This document shows positions 12,687 through 27,737 of a stretch of 64,000 bases of DNA, one piece after another (the stretch's first letter is position 1; each line of letters begins with the position of its first letter). The position numbers and the translations under genes were made by a program. Below the pieces are notes generated by a model. The model saw nothing but the letters and a program-made list of their open reading frames with translations, did no database searches and was not told the origin of the DNA. Origin of the DNA: Octopus vulgaris (Eukaryota); the NCBI GenBank assembly GCA_951406725.2, contig OX597824.1:70432001-70496000 (forward strand), given 5' to 3'.

Positions 12687-12798
12687 GAGTGTATCTATGA
12701 GTGAGTATATATCAAAATACTAAATATGAGTGTGTATGTTTGTGTCACACGTGTGTATGGGATGATACAAGTACGTGTGCACCATTTACATATGTGTC

Positions 12799-12848
<50 letters not shown>

Positions 12849-13077
12849 TGCGTACCAATGTTTGTTGTATATACCTATATGCGTGTCGTTTTTGTCATAT
12901 GTTCCTTTAGACAGCGAGTTGTGAGAGGTGTTAAATCGCTGAATAGAATCCGCTCCGCCTCACTGTGCACTACGTGGAAATCCAGCAGGAGTCAACTTTG
13001 CCATTCATCCTTTCTGGATCGATAAATAAAGTACCAGTCAAGTACTGGTGCCTCTTCTTCTTTTCCTTCTCCTACAC

Positions 13078-13124
<47 letters not shown>

Positions 13125-14212
13125 TCACTTTCTCTCTTACTCACTCTGGAAGGAATCGGCAGTAGTGGTCAGACTCGGATAGAGATGGGCTCGGCCAAGT
13201 TTAAAACTCAGACACGTTGTTTTACACGAAACCCGCCCTTACGATTCCATGAAGAATTGAGGGGGTCCCACGGTAATGCAGACATTATATATATATATAT
13301 ATATATTTATTAGCAAATGTGTTAATGGTTGTTTATAACGCGTGTCTCGGTCTATCTGCATGTTATAAATGCATGTAATTATGTTTGTGTTTGCATGTGC
13401 GTGTATACCATATGTATGCAATTAAATGCACGCGTGTGTGTGTGTGTGTGTGTGTGAGAAGGTGATATGCCATCCCACTTCTGGTTGTATCGTTATCGAA
13501 AATGTCACACACACACACAAACTACATACACACCCACTACTCATGCACTCCGTACAAGCATAAACATAGGGGTGCATATATATATATATATATGCGCACG
13601 AACGCACACAGACAGGATCGCACACGGAGAAAATTCGAACACACATGCACATGCATACACTTACATGCATGTGCACACACACACTCACACACACACACAC
13701 GTACACACACACACATAATAGCATATGCAGAAAATACGGACGCACACACATACACACACTTACATGCATAAACATGCGAGTACATAGACGCGCGAGCACA
13801 CACGCACGCACGCACGCACACACACACACACACACACACATACATACATACATACATACATACATACATACATACATACATACATAGTAACAACCGATCT
13901 ATCCTATCAGTGAATCTTTTAAAGCTTTAATGCATTTTTCTACTTAAGTCGGGATGAGAGAGGGAGGGAGAGAGAGAGAGAGAGAGAATAGCAGAAAGAG
14001 AGAGAGAGAGAGAGAATAGCAGAAAGAGAGAGCGAAAAGAAGAAAGGGAAAGAAGTTAAATAAACAGAGAGAGAGAGAGAGAGAGAGACCAAGACCAAAA
14101 CTGTCAAAGAGACAGATTGACTAACGAGGGTGGGGAGAAGGATGAGAGTGAGAGAGAGAGGAAGGAATAAAAGAGAGGGAGACAAACAGAAGCCAAAAGG
14201 AATGCTGTAGGA

Positions 14213-14247
<35 letters not shown>

Positions 14248-14311
14248 TACGTGTATGAGTGTGTGCATGGATGGACCGATCGTTAAGTAGGTAGGTAAGA
14301 CAGACAGACGT

Positions 14312-14348
<37 letters not shown>

Positions 14349-14375
14349 TAGATAGATAGATAGATAGATAGATAA

Positions 14376-14568
14376 GTTTCTTTATTGGCCACACAGGGCT
14401 GCACACAGATGGGACAAGTTACAAGGTAGAGCTTTTCTTTTAGGGGAGAAAAAAAAAAGGTGGCGTAGGTTTTCGATCAAAAGGGATCGTAAAAGGGAAA
14501 AAAAGAACAAAAAAGAAGAATAAAAGAAAAAAAAGGGGAGGAAAAAAAAGAAAAAAGGGAACAAAAGA

Positions 14569-14575
<7 letters not shown>
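14376..14575 (-). mobile_element. Probable non-LTR retroelement 3' end inserted in (GATA)n
   Basis: Minus strand is pyrimidine-rich and ends ccttgtaacttgtcccatctgtgtgcagccctgtgtggccAATAAAgaaa, flanked on both sides by (TATC)n; similar to the SINE B long tail. Confidence 0.5.
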
Positions 14576-14654
<79 letters not shown>

Positions 14655-14663
14655 GGATAGATG

Positions 14664-14742
<79 letters not shown>

Positions 14743-15201
14743 GGATGGATAGCTATAGACATGCAGTTTCACCCAATAAAGGAAGATATCACCCTCCTGG
14801 TATAGGAGGGCCCCCCCAGTCTGGAACCAATCAGGAAAATCCGAAACACCAACATTACCCTGACCACCAAAGGCACAGTATAAATGGGAAAATATTAATC
14901 ACATAGGCATATTTAAAAAAAACCGTTGGTGTTCTAAGCAAACTGGATTATTTTCTAGAAAACTGTTAAGGGTCTAAAGACATTGTCGTGCTTAGTATTT
15001 AAGATCAGAGCAACTTTATCACACACATACACACATATATATATATCCATACTGATGATATACCCGACTTCTCTATATATTTAATATACTTATATATATC
15101 TGTCTATGTATATATATACACACACACACACACATATGTATACATAGATATGTGTGTGTGCTTATGTACAGATAGATAGATACATACATACATACACACA
15201 C

Positions 15202-15290
<89 letters not shown>

Positions 15291-15417
15291 CAAACAGATA
15301 GATACATATATACATACATAGATAAATCGATAGACAGATACATATATACATACAGACATACATACATACATACATACAGACATACATACAGACAGACAGA
15401 CAGACAGGCAGGCAGGC

Positions 15418-15456
<39 letters not shown>

Positions 15457-15461
15457 TAGAC

Positions 15462-15504
<43 letters not shown>

Positions 15505-15769
15505 CAAACAGATAGATACATATATACATAGATAAATCGATAGACAGATACATATATACATACACACATACATACATACATACATACATACATACATACA
15601 TACATACATACATACATACATAAAGACAGACAGACAGACAGACAGTCAGACAGACAGACAGGACGAGGAGATAAAAAGGAAAACGTGAAAATGATGAATG
15701 GAGATTGCAAGCAAACGTTACTAACTGCTGGGGAATTTAGTATCGCGAGCGATTCAATAACAATAATGG

Positions 15770-15992
15770 TTTCAAACTCTAGCACAAGGTCAGCGGTTTT
15801 CGGGGAAGGTGGGGGAAGTCGATTACATCGACCGCAGTGCTCAACTGGTACTTATTGTACTTGACCTCGAAATCGTGTGAGGTGGTATAAGTCCAGCTTC
15901 GGCGAAATTTGAACTCAGAACTTAATGGCGAACGAAATGCCGCTCGGCAATTTTCTGTCTGGCATACTAGCGATTCTGCCAGCTCACTGCCC
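15770..15992 (-). mobile_element. Degenerate SINE family B
   Basis: gtcgattacatcgacc...aatttgaactcagaac...ctgccagctcactgcc. Confidence 0.75.
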
Positions 15993-15993
15993 T

Positions 15994-16475
<482 letters not shown>

Positions 16476-16712
16476 CATGACGTTGGTGACGGTGATGTGT
16501 GGTGGCTGTTATAGTGATGATGGGTAAAACCATAAATAATACAGTCACGATTACGTTGCGGTTTTCTATCGTTTGACACAGCACAAGGCCCCACACTTAG
16601 AAGGTAATGGTGGTTCGTATTACTGTCTCACTTACCTACCTATATACAACTATAATTATATAATTAATTATCCATCTGCCGCGCTAGTTTTTTGGCCGAC
16701 AGGACTATTTAT

Positions 16713-16915
<203 letters not shown>

Positions 16916-16985
16916 TTCTTTTCTTATCCATCTCACTGCCTCATGAGTAGCTTCAAAACGTGTGTGTGTACATACATATACAGAT

Positions 16986-17405
16986 ACTTCTTTATTACCC
17001 ACAAGGGGCTAAACATAGAAGGGACAAACAAGGACAGACATAGGTATTAAGTCGATTACATCGACCCCAGTGCGTAACTGGTACTTAATTTATCGATCCC
17101 GAAAAGATGAAAGGCAAAGTCGACCTCGGCGGAATTTGAACTCAGAACGTAACTGCAGACGAAATACCTATTTCTTTATTACCCACAAGGGGCTAAACAT
17201 AGAGGAGACAAACAAGGACATAGGACAGACATAGGTATTAAGTCGATTACATCAACCCCAGTGCGTAACTGGTACTTAATTTATCGACCCCGAAAGGATG
17301 AAAGGCAAAGTCGACCTCGGCGGAATTTGAACTCAGAACGTAACTGCAGACGAAATACCGCAAAGCATTTCGCCCGGCGTGCTAACGTTTCTGCCAACTC
17401 GCCAC
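16986..17405 (-). mobile_element. SINE family B head-to-tail dimer
   Basis: A full copy (17405-17170) joined through aaatag|gtatttcgtctg to a 5'-truncated copy (17168-16986). Confidence 0.88.
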
Positions 17406-17479
17406 ATAGAGATAGATATATGTGTATGTTAGAGTGACTCAGGAGCCGAGAGTGTCACATATATACAGGCGTGTGTGTA

Positions 17480-17526
<47 letters not shown>

Positions 17527-17701
17527 ATAGACATATATATACACACGTGTGTATACATGTATATCTACACAAACAGGCACACACATATATATATACACAT
17601 ACATATATATACAGACAGACAAGCAAACAAATCTATCTAGAATATGTATAATTGCGTGCTCGCGCGCACGTGTGTGTGAGTGTGTGCATGTGAGTGAGTG
17701 T

Positions 17702-17738
<37 letters not shown>

Positions 17739-17751
17739 TGTGTGCATGTGA

Positions 17752-17804
<53 letters not shown>

Positions 17805-17819
17805 GCTATATCTCTGTAT

Positions 17820-17866
<47 letters not shown>

Positions 17867-18066
17867 ATCGATTAAAATTTCGATTAGGATAAATCGAAAG
17901 AAAAAAAAAATAATGTTTTTTAAATATTAATGAAAATATGTTACAGACAGTACGACTACAAAAAAAAAAAAAAAAAAAAACACCAGAGTAACACTAGGAA
18001 TTGCTCATATGTAAATAAGGTATTTATGCAGAAATTCTAACACTGCAAGTCTTCAAGTACACTAAT

Positions 18067-18156
<90 letters not shown>

Positions 18157-18243
18157 CACACATGTATATATAAATCCAGTCTTATATGTATATATGCATA
18201 CATAGCTCAATATATGTACTCACACACACACACACACACACGC

Positions 18244-18277
<34 letters not shown>

Positions 18278-18604
18278 TGTTGAAATGCACACAGGAACAA
18301 ACACACAAACACATATATGCAATCTTTCGGTATTAGTAGTCAACGTCATATAAAAGCACAGACACACACACACACACAACGTTTCGTCGTGACACCGATA
18401 AAGAGACTAGGCTGAAAAAAGGGTGTGAATGATGTCGTTTACTAATACCGAAATATTACCATTGCACACACGAATTTAGATATACGTGTATACATATGTA
18501 CAATTCCTGAGATATATACATAGCGATATAGATATATATATACACTAATGTGGACATCTCTCTCTCTCTCTCTGTATATATATATATATGTATGTATGTT
18601 TGTA

Positions 18605-18665
<61 letters not shown>

Positions 18666-18776
18666 GTTCGTATATATGTACACATATATATTCGAATACA
18701 TGCAAAGCAAAATAAGAAGCAACGCACCTCGTTTTCTCAAGCAGCATCACTAAATTTATGGCACAAAATTGCATTA

Positions 18777-18815
<39 letters not shown>

Positions 18816-18936
18816 GGGATGCACACGTATACACAAGTGCATATTTATATGCAAGTGCATGTATCAAAATGCATGTGTATATGATGTATATATACATACA
18901 CATATGTATATAGAAATACAAGTATATACATATATG

Positions 18937-18988
<52 letters not shown>

Positions 18989-19023
18989 TATATATATGTA
19001 TATAGATATATGTATCTATCAAT

Positions 19024-19059
<36 letters not shown>

Positions 19060-19116
19060 TGTATGTATAGAGATATGTATAACTATCACTGTATAATTAA
19101 TACATATGAATATATG

Positions 19117-19173
<57 letters not shown>

Positions 19174-20096
19174 GCATATACGTACCTCTGTATAATATAT
19201 ATGTATATATGTTTCTATAATACGTACATATATATGTATACTTTTGTGTGTGTAGGTATATGAATATATGTATATATATGCATTTTACATGCATGTATAT
19301 ATATATCTGCAATTATGTAAATGGATACATTTTAAATGCATGCATATATATGTGTGTGTGTGTGTTATACACTCGTAGTAATAGCAGATAATGAGCTTCC
19401 AAGAAACGTTTAGATCCAAGATAATATACTTAAATACACCGCAAGATAAGACCGTTTTTCACAGAAATCATCTATCTAAACATACACCCACACACAAAGA
19501 TCAGTGTGTGGTTGGCTTTCTCTGAGTGTGTGCGTGTGTGTGTGTGTTTGTGCGTGTGCGTGCGTGCATTCGGGTGCATGCTCTTCAAGCACGTTCGCAA
19601 ACTTGTAACACGTGTGTGTGTGTACATTAAATCCACAATCGTTAGCTCGACAATATATTTTGTTTCACCTACGGCTCTTTATAATTGAGTAAATGGGTGA
19701 ATGCGTGTGTGTGTGTGTGTGTGTGCGCGCGCTCGCGAGTGTTACACATATGTGCAACATATATGTGTATGTTTATGTTTATGTATTCCAGTTTCAGCTC
19801 TTGAGCTGTGGCCATGCTGGGGCACCGCCATTTGTGAACATTAATATAAAAATTAGTATAAAATATAAATACATATAGATACAGACACGCTCACACACAC
19901 ACACTCACACATAAACCACCTGTTTAAAAATGTCAATCCAGAAACACCTGCTGATCTTCGTGAAGATGCAGGTGGCACTGATTATGATGATGGTGAGAAT
20001 GACAACGACGAATAACGAAGATGATGATCAGGGATGGCTTGGGTAACCGAGTGAGATAATGACAATACATGTATGTATTATCATATATGTATCCAT

Positions 20097-20161
<65 letters not shown>

Positions 20162-20310
20162 ATATATGTATGTATGTATATAGGAACAGTGTGGTTGGGA
20201 AGCAAGCTCCTTACCACTGCCACACCTATAAGAAAAAAGGGGATTAAAAATTCCTGGCAGATACCATTTATATATTATATATATACACATATATATATAT
20301 ATACATATAC

Positions 20311-20347
<37 letters not shown>

Positions 20348-20446
20348 CATACACATACAAATATATATGTATTTGTATTGTATATATATGTATGTACATG
20401 TATTTGTATTATATATATGTATATATATTATATGGATATATATTTG

Positions 20447-20655
20447 TAGGAGTGGCGCAGGAGTGGCTGTGTGGTAAGTAGCTTGCTAACCAACCACATG
20501 GTTCCGGGTTCAGTCCCACTGCGTGGCATCTTGGGCAAGTGTCTTCTGCTATAGCCCCGGGCCGACCAATGCCTTGTGAGTGGATTTGGTAGACGGAAAC
20601 TGAAAGAAGCCCGTCGTATATATGTATATATATATGTGTGTGTTTGTGTGTCTGT
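20447..20655 (+). mobile_element. SINE family A, 5' half
   Basis: ggcgcaggagtggctgtgtgg...ggttcagtccc...gaagcccgtcg. Confidence 0.88.
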
Positions 20656-20679
20656 ATATAATATAATGTATATATATAT

Positions 20680-20738
<59 letters not shown>

Positions 20739-20860
20739 ATGTAATATATATATATAATACAAATATATATATATGATACAAATATTTATAAACATACATA
20801 CAATACAGTTGTGACCAGCATGGTCACAACTCATGAGCTGAAACAAGATCAAACCAAATC

Positions 20861-20933
<73 letters not shown>

Positions 20934-20984
20934 ACATATATATATTCATATATATTCAGTAGATCTGCTCAACTGGAATTCACT

Positions 20985-21211
20985 GCGAGCTGGCAGAATC
21001 GTTAGCACGCCGGGCGAAATGCGTAGCCGCATTTCGTCTGTCGTTACGTTCCGAGTTCAAATTCCGCCGAGGTCGACTTTGCCTTTCATCCTTTCGAGGT
21101 CGATAAATTAAGTACCAGTTACGCACTGGGGTCGATGTAATCGACTCAATCCCTTTGTCTGTCCTTGTTTGTCCTCTCTGTGTTTAGCCCCTTGTGGGTA
21201 GTAAAGAAATA
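20985..21211 (+). mobile_element. SINE family B (long-tail variant)
   Basis: gcgagctggcagaatcgttagc...gagttcaaattcc...gccccttgtgggtagtaaagaaata. Confidence 0.9.
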
Positions 21212-21305
21212 TATAATATTAGTTGGAATTTACAAGAAAAAAATCGAAGACAGGTCTGTAAGCAACAAACAGATGTATTAGTTTAACGCTCGGGAAGTGA
21301 GAAAG

Positions 21306-21341
21306 CTTTTAGGTTTCGAGCCTACGCTCTTCAACAGAAAG
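21306..21341 (-). ncRNA. Degenerate minimal hammerhead motif in a short repeat (about 21215-21345)
   Basis: Minus CTTT-CTGTTGA-A-GAGC-GTAG-GCTC-GAAACCT-A-AAAG; homolog of 6162 and 55515. Confidence 0.5.
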
Positions 21342-21379
<38 letters not shown>

Positions 21380-21470
21380 GATAGAAAAGTGCATATATAT
21401 GTGTATATGTGTGTGAACGTATCTAAATATCATATACAGATACATATGTATATTTACACACACATATAAA

Positions 21471-21505
<35 letters not shown>

Positions 21506-21659
21506 TAAATGGTGCACACAATCATTGTATATGCATTCCTCCAGTTGACCATTAAACCAGGAATGCTCTCAATAGTACCTTTGCTACAAATATGCACATC
21601 TAATCTACGCAAAGTATGCATTGAATATTCATTTAAACTATCGTATATGTATATATGTA

Positions 21660-21707
<48 letters not shown>

Positions 21708-21863
21708 GTTATGGCATATCCCGTAAAGAATGTAGTAGATTACAGTATAATGCTTGTCCACCTTCAGATTTCACCCTGTGTTCTCCAGTAGTAGTATACG
21801 TACTTCCAGGTGTGCGTTTGGGCATCTGTCGTGTGTGAATGGGTAATTGAACAATATTTAGAT

Positions 21864-21969
21864 ATCACCTGAAGAAACGCAACTAGATCTCATAATGCTG
21901 GGAAACAGTTGCATAATCATGTACCTGCACGCCTGGAGAACTACGTTGCGTCGAAACACTTGTAGTGAT
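21864..21969 (+). ncRNA. Type-I hammerhead motif with extended stem II
   Basis: ATCAC-CTGAAGA-A-ACGCAAC...GTTGCGT-C-GAA-ACACTTGT-A-GTGAT followed by AATAAA: 5-bp stem I, intact core, GUA cleavage triplet. Confidence 0.7.
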
Positions 21970-22417
21970 TAAAAAATAAAATGTCCAACCATACTCCCTC
22001 TGGTTTTTTCAATCATATATAAATATATATAGATATCCAATATTAAGTACATGAAATTAATATATATATATATATATATATATTCAATATTCAATACATC
22101 AAATTAAAACATATACCCATATATATGAGTTTATTTATATATATATATCCAATATACAGTACATCAAATTAAAATATATGTACATATATATACATTATAT
22201 AAAACATAACTTGTGTTTATATAACATACTTAATATATAATATCGATAATATGAAATATATATAATGTACATAACATAACATAAAACACTTATTACGCCA
22301 AATACATACATAATATATATATAATAATTATATATATAATACATATATATGTCTAATTATATATAATATACTACTTTCGGTAAAATTATGATGAACACGG
22401 TGTGTATATACACCCTT

Positions 22418-22451
<34 letters not shown>

Positions 22452-22503
22452 CGTGTGTTTCTGTGTGTGTGTGTGTGTGTATGTGCGTGTGTGTGTGTGT
22501 GTG

Positions 22504-22549
<46 letters not shown>

Positions 22550-23220
22550 TGTAGCAGTCATGCCCCTTCTATTTTTTTCTATGTCATCTCATGTAACATT
22601 TATAGGTGACAATGATTTGTGATATAGTATGGGAAAGAGAGAGAGAGAGAAAGAGAGAGAGAGGGAGAGAGCATGAAGGAGAGTGTGTGTGCGCGCTGCC
22701 GAAAAAAACATTTAACAGTCATTATAACAATGACAAGTGTAACGATGATACGGATGATGGTGGTGGTGGGGGGAGGAAGAGACGGATGACGATCATCATC
22801 ATCATCATCATCATCATCAGCATCAGCATCATCGTCGTCGTCATCGTTTCTTTACCGTGAAGTAGTGTCACACATTTGTACAGAGAACGTGTAAATGTGG
22901 ATGAGTTTAAAACCTTATACATGACTTGTTACTTAGTTTACTGACGGGTGGATGGACGGACGGACGGATGGATGGATGGATGGATGAGTGGATGGATTGA
23001 TGGATGGATGAGTGGATGGATGGGTGGGTGGGAGGGGTGCATCACATGGATTATAATGTCGATCCCGGAAGTAGGAAGTACGAGGAAATTTACCTCAAAA
23101 GAACGAATGAACGTGAGACAGACAGACAGACAGACGGGTGGACAGACAGACGGGTGGACAGACAGACAGACAGACGGGCGGACAGACAGACAGACAGACG
23201 GGCGGACAGACAGACAGACC

Positions 23221-23283
<63 letters not shown>

Positions 23284-23555
23284 GGACAGACAGACAGGCG
23301 GGCGGACGGACAGACAGACGGGATAGAGTATATTTTTAGTTTAGTCTTTTAAGCTTGCATATATACGCATTTGTAAATCTGTTTGTCTACATGTATATGT
23401 ATATACAGGTGTGAGTGTGTGTGTGTATAAGTATGTGTGTTTATGTTTATGCGTGAGCCTGAGTGCTTTCAAGTCTGTCAGTCACTATATATGCATCTAT
23501 ACATATACACTTGTGTATGCATATACGTATTTAGGCATTACATACACGTATATGA

Positions 23556-23607
<52 letters not shown>

Positions 23608-23698
23608 TTATATATATGTGTATTTATACATGCATATATATATACATATATGCATATATATATATATACGTAAATATATACATATATATTTACATTTC

Positions 23699-23729
<31 letters not shown>

Positions 23730-24304
23730 ATACACAGACATTTGTATATATATTTATACACATACATACATACTTGAATATATGCGTGTATATATATATA
23801 TATATAGAGAGATAGATAGATAGATAGATACATACATACATACATACATACATGTACATGCATATACAAGTATATATATAATATAATATTATATTATATT
23901 ATATTATATATGTACGTGTATGAATATCTGGAAGTAGCTATATAACAAAATGCGTCAGTAAAATCTACCATGGATGTGACGCTCACGAAAGTAAGCAGGT
24001 GATGATGGGGATCTTCATATAACTAACGATAAACCGTTTTCTTTACAGACTCCTATTTGGCTCGGACTTGCGCATACTATGCATTTGATGTTTGCAAATT
24101 TTTCAAGATCGGTGAACCTCGAAGGGTACATACGTACATCTACACGTATATATGTATGTATATGTGGGCACAGGACGTCATGAAACGTGCACAACAAAAA
24201 AGTACGAAGCACGAGTACTTTGATATATATATATATCGTCTGTTTTCCGTCCTTGTGTTGTATACATTCGAGGCTTTCTTCCAAGGAATCTAATGCGCTT
24301 GGCT

Positions 24305-24480
24305 TAGATTTTCCTTTGGGGTTGCCCAGGTCGGAGCAATCTCAAGATTAATCAGCCGAAATTGCGAAGATGATCCGGTTCTTGACTGAAGATTGAGGGC
24401 TTCGAATGTCCCGTCCGTGTTTTTTGTGTCGTCTTCTAAATGTTTCACGTTCTTTTCCCAGTTTGTATATTTTTTTACTT
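24305..24480. repeat. Unclassified interspersed repeat, second copy at 47872-48038
   Basis: Both loci share atctcaagattaatcagccgaaattgcga..atgatccggttcttgactgaagattga..gcttcgaatgtcccgtccgtg, each next to (TA)n. Confidence 0.85.
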
Positions 24481-25081
24481 TTACATATATATATATGCAT
24501 GTACATAGGAAGATACGTGCGTATGTGTGTAAGTATGTATATATGTACATAATTATATAAGTCATGTAAGTGTCCGTGTACGTGTGTGTTTTGCATGTAT
24601 ATAGTATGGATGCAGAAAAATATATAGACGATATGGCTCGGGTTCAGCTCCAGCCATTCTTAAAATAACAGAGATGTTATAAGAGTAATAAAAAAATATA
24701 CACTTGTTAGTCCTGACTGCCATCCTAGCTTTATTCTAAATAATACATTAACACATAATACATTTCCCTTCAACTCGTTCATACGACAACTGGGATGTGA
24801 TATGAGGGAGACACGGCTCGTATATCTAGCATACTGAACGACAAACGTGAAGAAAGTCTTCTGTTAAACACGCAGAATAGAAATGGCGGAAAAGCAGACG
24901 ACACAAATAAGGTTTACTAAAAACGAACAAAAACAGAAAAAAGAGAGAGAGAGAGAGAGAGAGAAAGAAAAGAGAAATATTCCTGTGTTTCAGTTGTTTT
25001 TACATAGTGACAGGATCAGAAATATGTAGGTGATGTGCATAGATGATGATGGTTAACGTGGAATTTTGTCTGATTCTCTAG

Positions 25082-25112
<31 letters not shown>

Positions 25113-25299
25113 TCTCTCTTTCTCTCTCGAACCCCTCTCTCTCTCTCTGGAGTACAGAGAACGTCTAGTCAACACTCGTAATAATGACAAACAGTGTTAA
25201 TGTCAGAACTCGGTAATATGGGGGATAAACAGAGAGAGAGAGAGAGACACACACACACACAGAGAATGATTCATATATGTATGTACATATATATATATA

Positions 25300-25429
25300 C
25301 AGGGTGTCCCAAAAAAATGTATACACATAGTGGTTCGGCAAAAGAGAACGATAGAATAAGTACTAGGCTTACAAAGAATAACAAATTTACAATTATTTAA
25401 GGTGTGTATACATTTTTTGGGACACCCTG
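25300..25429. mobile_element. Tc1/mariner-type MITE with an internal SINE A fragment
   Basis: TIRs CAGGGTGTCCCAAAAAA(A)TGTATACAC / GTGTATACATTTTTTGGGACACCCTG, flanked by TA. Confidence 0.85.
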
Positions 25430-25457
25430 TATATATATATATATAAAAAATTAATAA

Positions 25458-25516
<59 letters not shown>

Positions 25517-25530
25517 TAAAAAATTAATAA

Positions 25531-25570
<40 letters not shown>

Positions 25571-25626
25571 GCACACATCTACATATATGTATGTGTATAC
25601 TCACATACAAATCAAAATGTATTATA

Positions 25627-25661
<35 letters not shown>

Positions 25662-25858
25662 GGTGTGGTATAAGATAAATATAAAGAGAAGCACGCAAAC
25701 TTGAAGACAAGCAGACGATGTAACCAAACTACCAAAATATACAAAAAAAAGTAACAGGTGTCATGATTTTGTTTCTTTGTTTTTTTTTACCATCTTTTTT
25801 TAAGCATCACTCTTTTTGGCCTATTTTAGATGAGAATAAGTATGTGTTGTCTGCAACA

Positions 25859-25907
<49 letters not shown>

Positions 25908-26083
25908 TATATGGTGTTGTCTGGTTTATTGATAGATTACAGATCCGAAGAAATGTACCAAAACGCACACACGTTTATATGTCTCTACGTATACACGAAT
26001 GTGTATAAGTACGTGTATGTCTCGCAATGTATGTGTGCATACATACATGTATGAACCTCTCTCTATATATATATACACACACA

Positions 26084-26143
<60 letters not shown>

Positions 26144-26200
26144 TGTATGATTTTGATTTTTCCAGTTTCAGCTAATGAGCTGTGACCATGCTGGGGCACC

Positions 26201-26268
<68 letters not shown>

Positions 26269-26338
26269 ATATTCATATAAAAGTAAATAAATGGTACAAC
26301 GAGGTACCGATATTTACTGGAATATATGTATATATATA

Positions 26339-26397
<59 letters not shown>

Positions 26398-26844
26398 AAA
26401 TACATATATAGACACATGTATGAATATATACCTATACACACACCTGTATGTATGTATGCATGCTTGTATGTACATAAATGGCTCCCACCTTTTTTTGTTG
26501 GCAGCATCTGAGAAAAATATTCAACAAACTTCAAACCAGCATTATTCTTATTATTTCATAATTAATATAAATATAATGTTTATTAATGATTATAATTATT
26601 GCTATTATTAAAGAAATCGTTATCGTTATCTCCATGATCGCTGTCATTTAGATAATCTGTAAGATATAGACAGTTTAAATTCAGTCGGTAATCAGGCATT
26701 CTCCATATCCTCTCTTTCTCTCTCTTATATATATATATACACACACACATATGCAGTCTCAAACGTATATATTTGTGAATTTCCTACGCCAGATATATAG
26801 ATACATCCACATAAACACATGGAATGCATGAACACTCATATATA

Positions 26845-27075
26845 TTTCTTTACTACTCACAAGGGGCTAAACACAGAGGGGACAAACAAGGATAGACAAA
26901 GGGATTAAGTCGATTACATCGACCCCAGTGCGTAACTGGTACTTAATTTATCGACCCTCGAAAGGATGAAAGGCAAAGTCGACCTCGGTGGAATTTGAAC
27001 TCGGAACGTAACGACAAACGAAATACGGCTACGCATTTCGCCCGGCGTGCTAACGTTTCTGCCATCTCGATGCCA
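26845..27075 (-). mobile_element. SINE family B (long tail)
   Basis: Reverse complement of the 20985-21211 sequence. Confidence 0.88.
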
Positions 27076-27209
27076 CCTTATAAACTCTAATATACAAGCA
27101 CAAACACTTGTATACTAAATTATGTTCAAACACAGATACTTGTTATCCATGCGTGCACAAACCTTCACACAAACACACACAGATATACATACATACTCAG
27201 ATATACACA

Positions 27210-27442
27210 GACGCAAAGGTGGGGGGGGGGGCTGAAAAGTTCCTGGCTTTAAGGGTGTTACAGAAAAGCCTGCCTGGAGGTCCAACATTCTAAGATCTTT
27301 TACAGAGCTTAGAAAAACTGAAGGGCCGCTCCAATGAGTATGTGAGTCTGGGAGGGGGATATGGTGAACAAAATCATAATTGATTGATCCTGCTGCATTT
27401 TCCTCTACCCAAACCCAGGAACCTTTCAGCACCACCCTCGTA
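27210..27442 (+). mobile_element. Mariner-derived MITE
   Basis: gctgaaaagttcctgg / ccaggaacctttcagc TIRs; homologous to 7040-7273. Confidence 0.7.
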
Positions 27443-27636
27443 CACACGTACACACACACTACACACACACACAGACCAATTCAGACGACCACAAATACCC
27501 ATTTTCTGTCTTAACTAAAAGCAGAGCCTTACAACTTTAGAAGCCAGCTAGAATTCTCCAAATAAAATTATTTGGATCAATTCTAAAGAAAACACCCACA
27601 CCACACATACAGAGAGCGAGAGACAGACAGAGGGAC

Positions 27637-27714
<78 letters not shown>

Positions 27715-27737
27715 ATAGATAAATAGATAGATAGATC

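Noticed and set aside
19925-20045. Short open frames (MSIQKHLLIFVKMQVALIMMM... and NVNPETPADLREDAGG...)
   Set aside because: No recognisable homology, partly (GAT)n-derived, weak splice context.
24380-24420. CTGAAGA...GAA motif in the 24305/47872 repeat
   Set aside because: No GAAA, stem III and UH arrangement could be built; kept only as an unclassified repeat.
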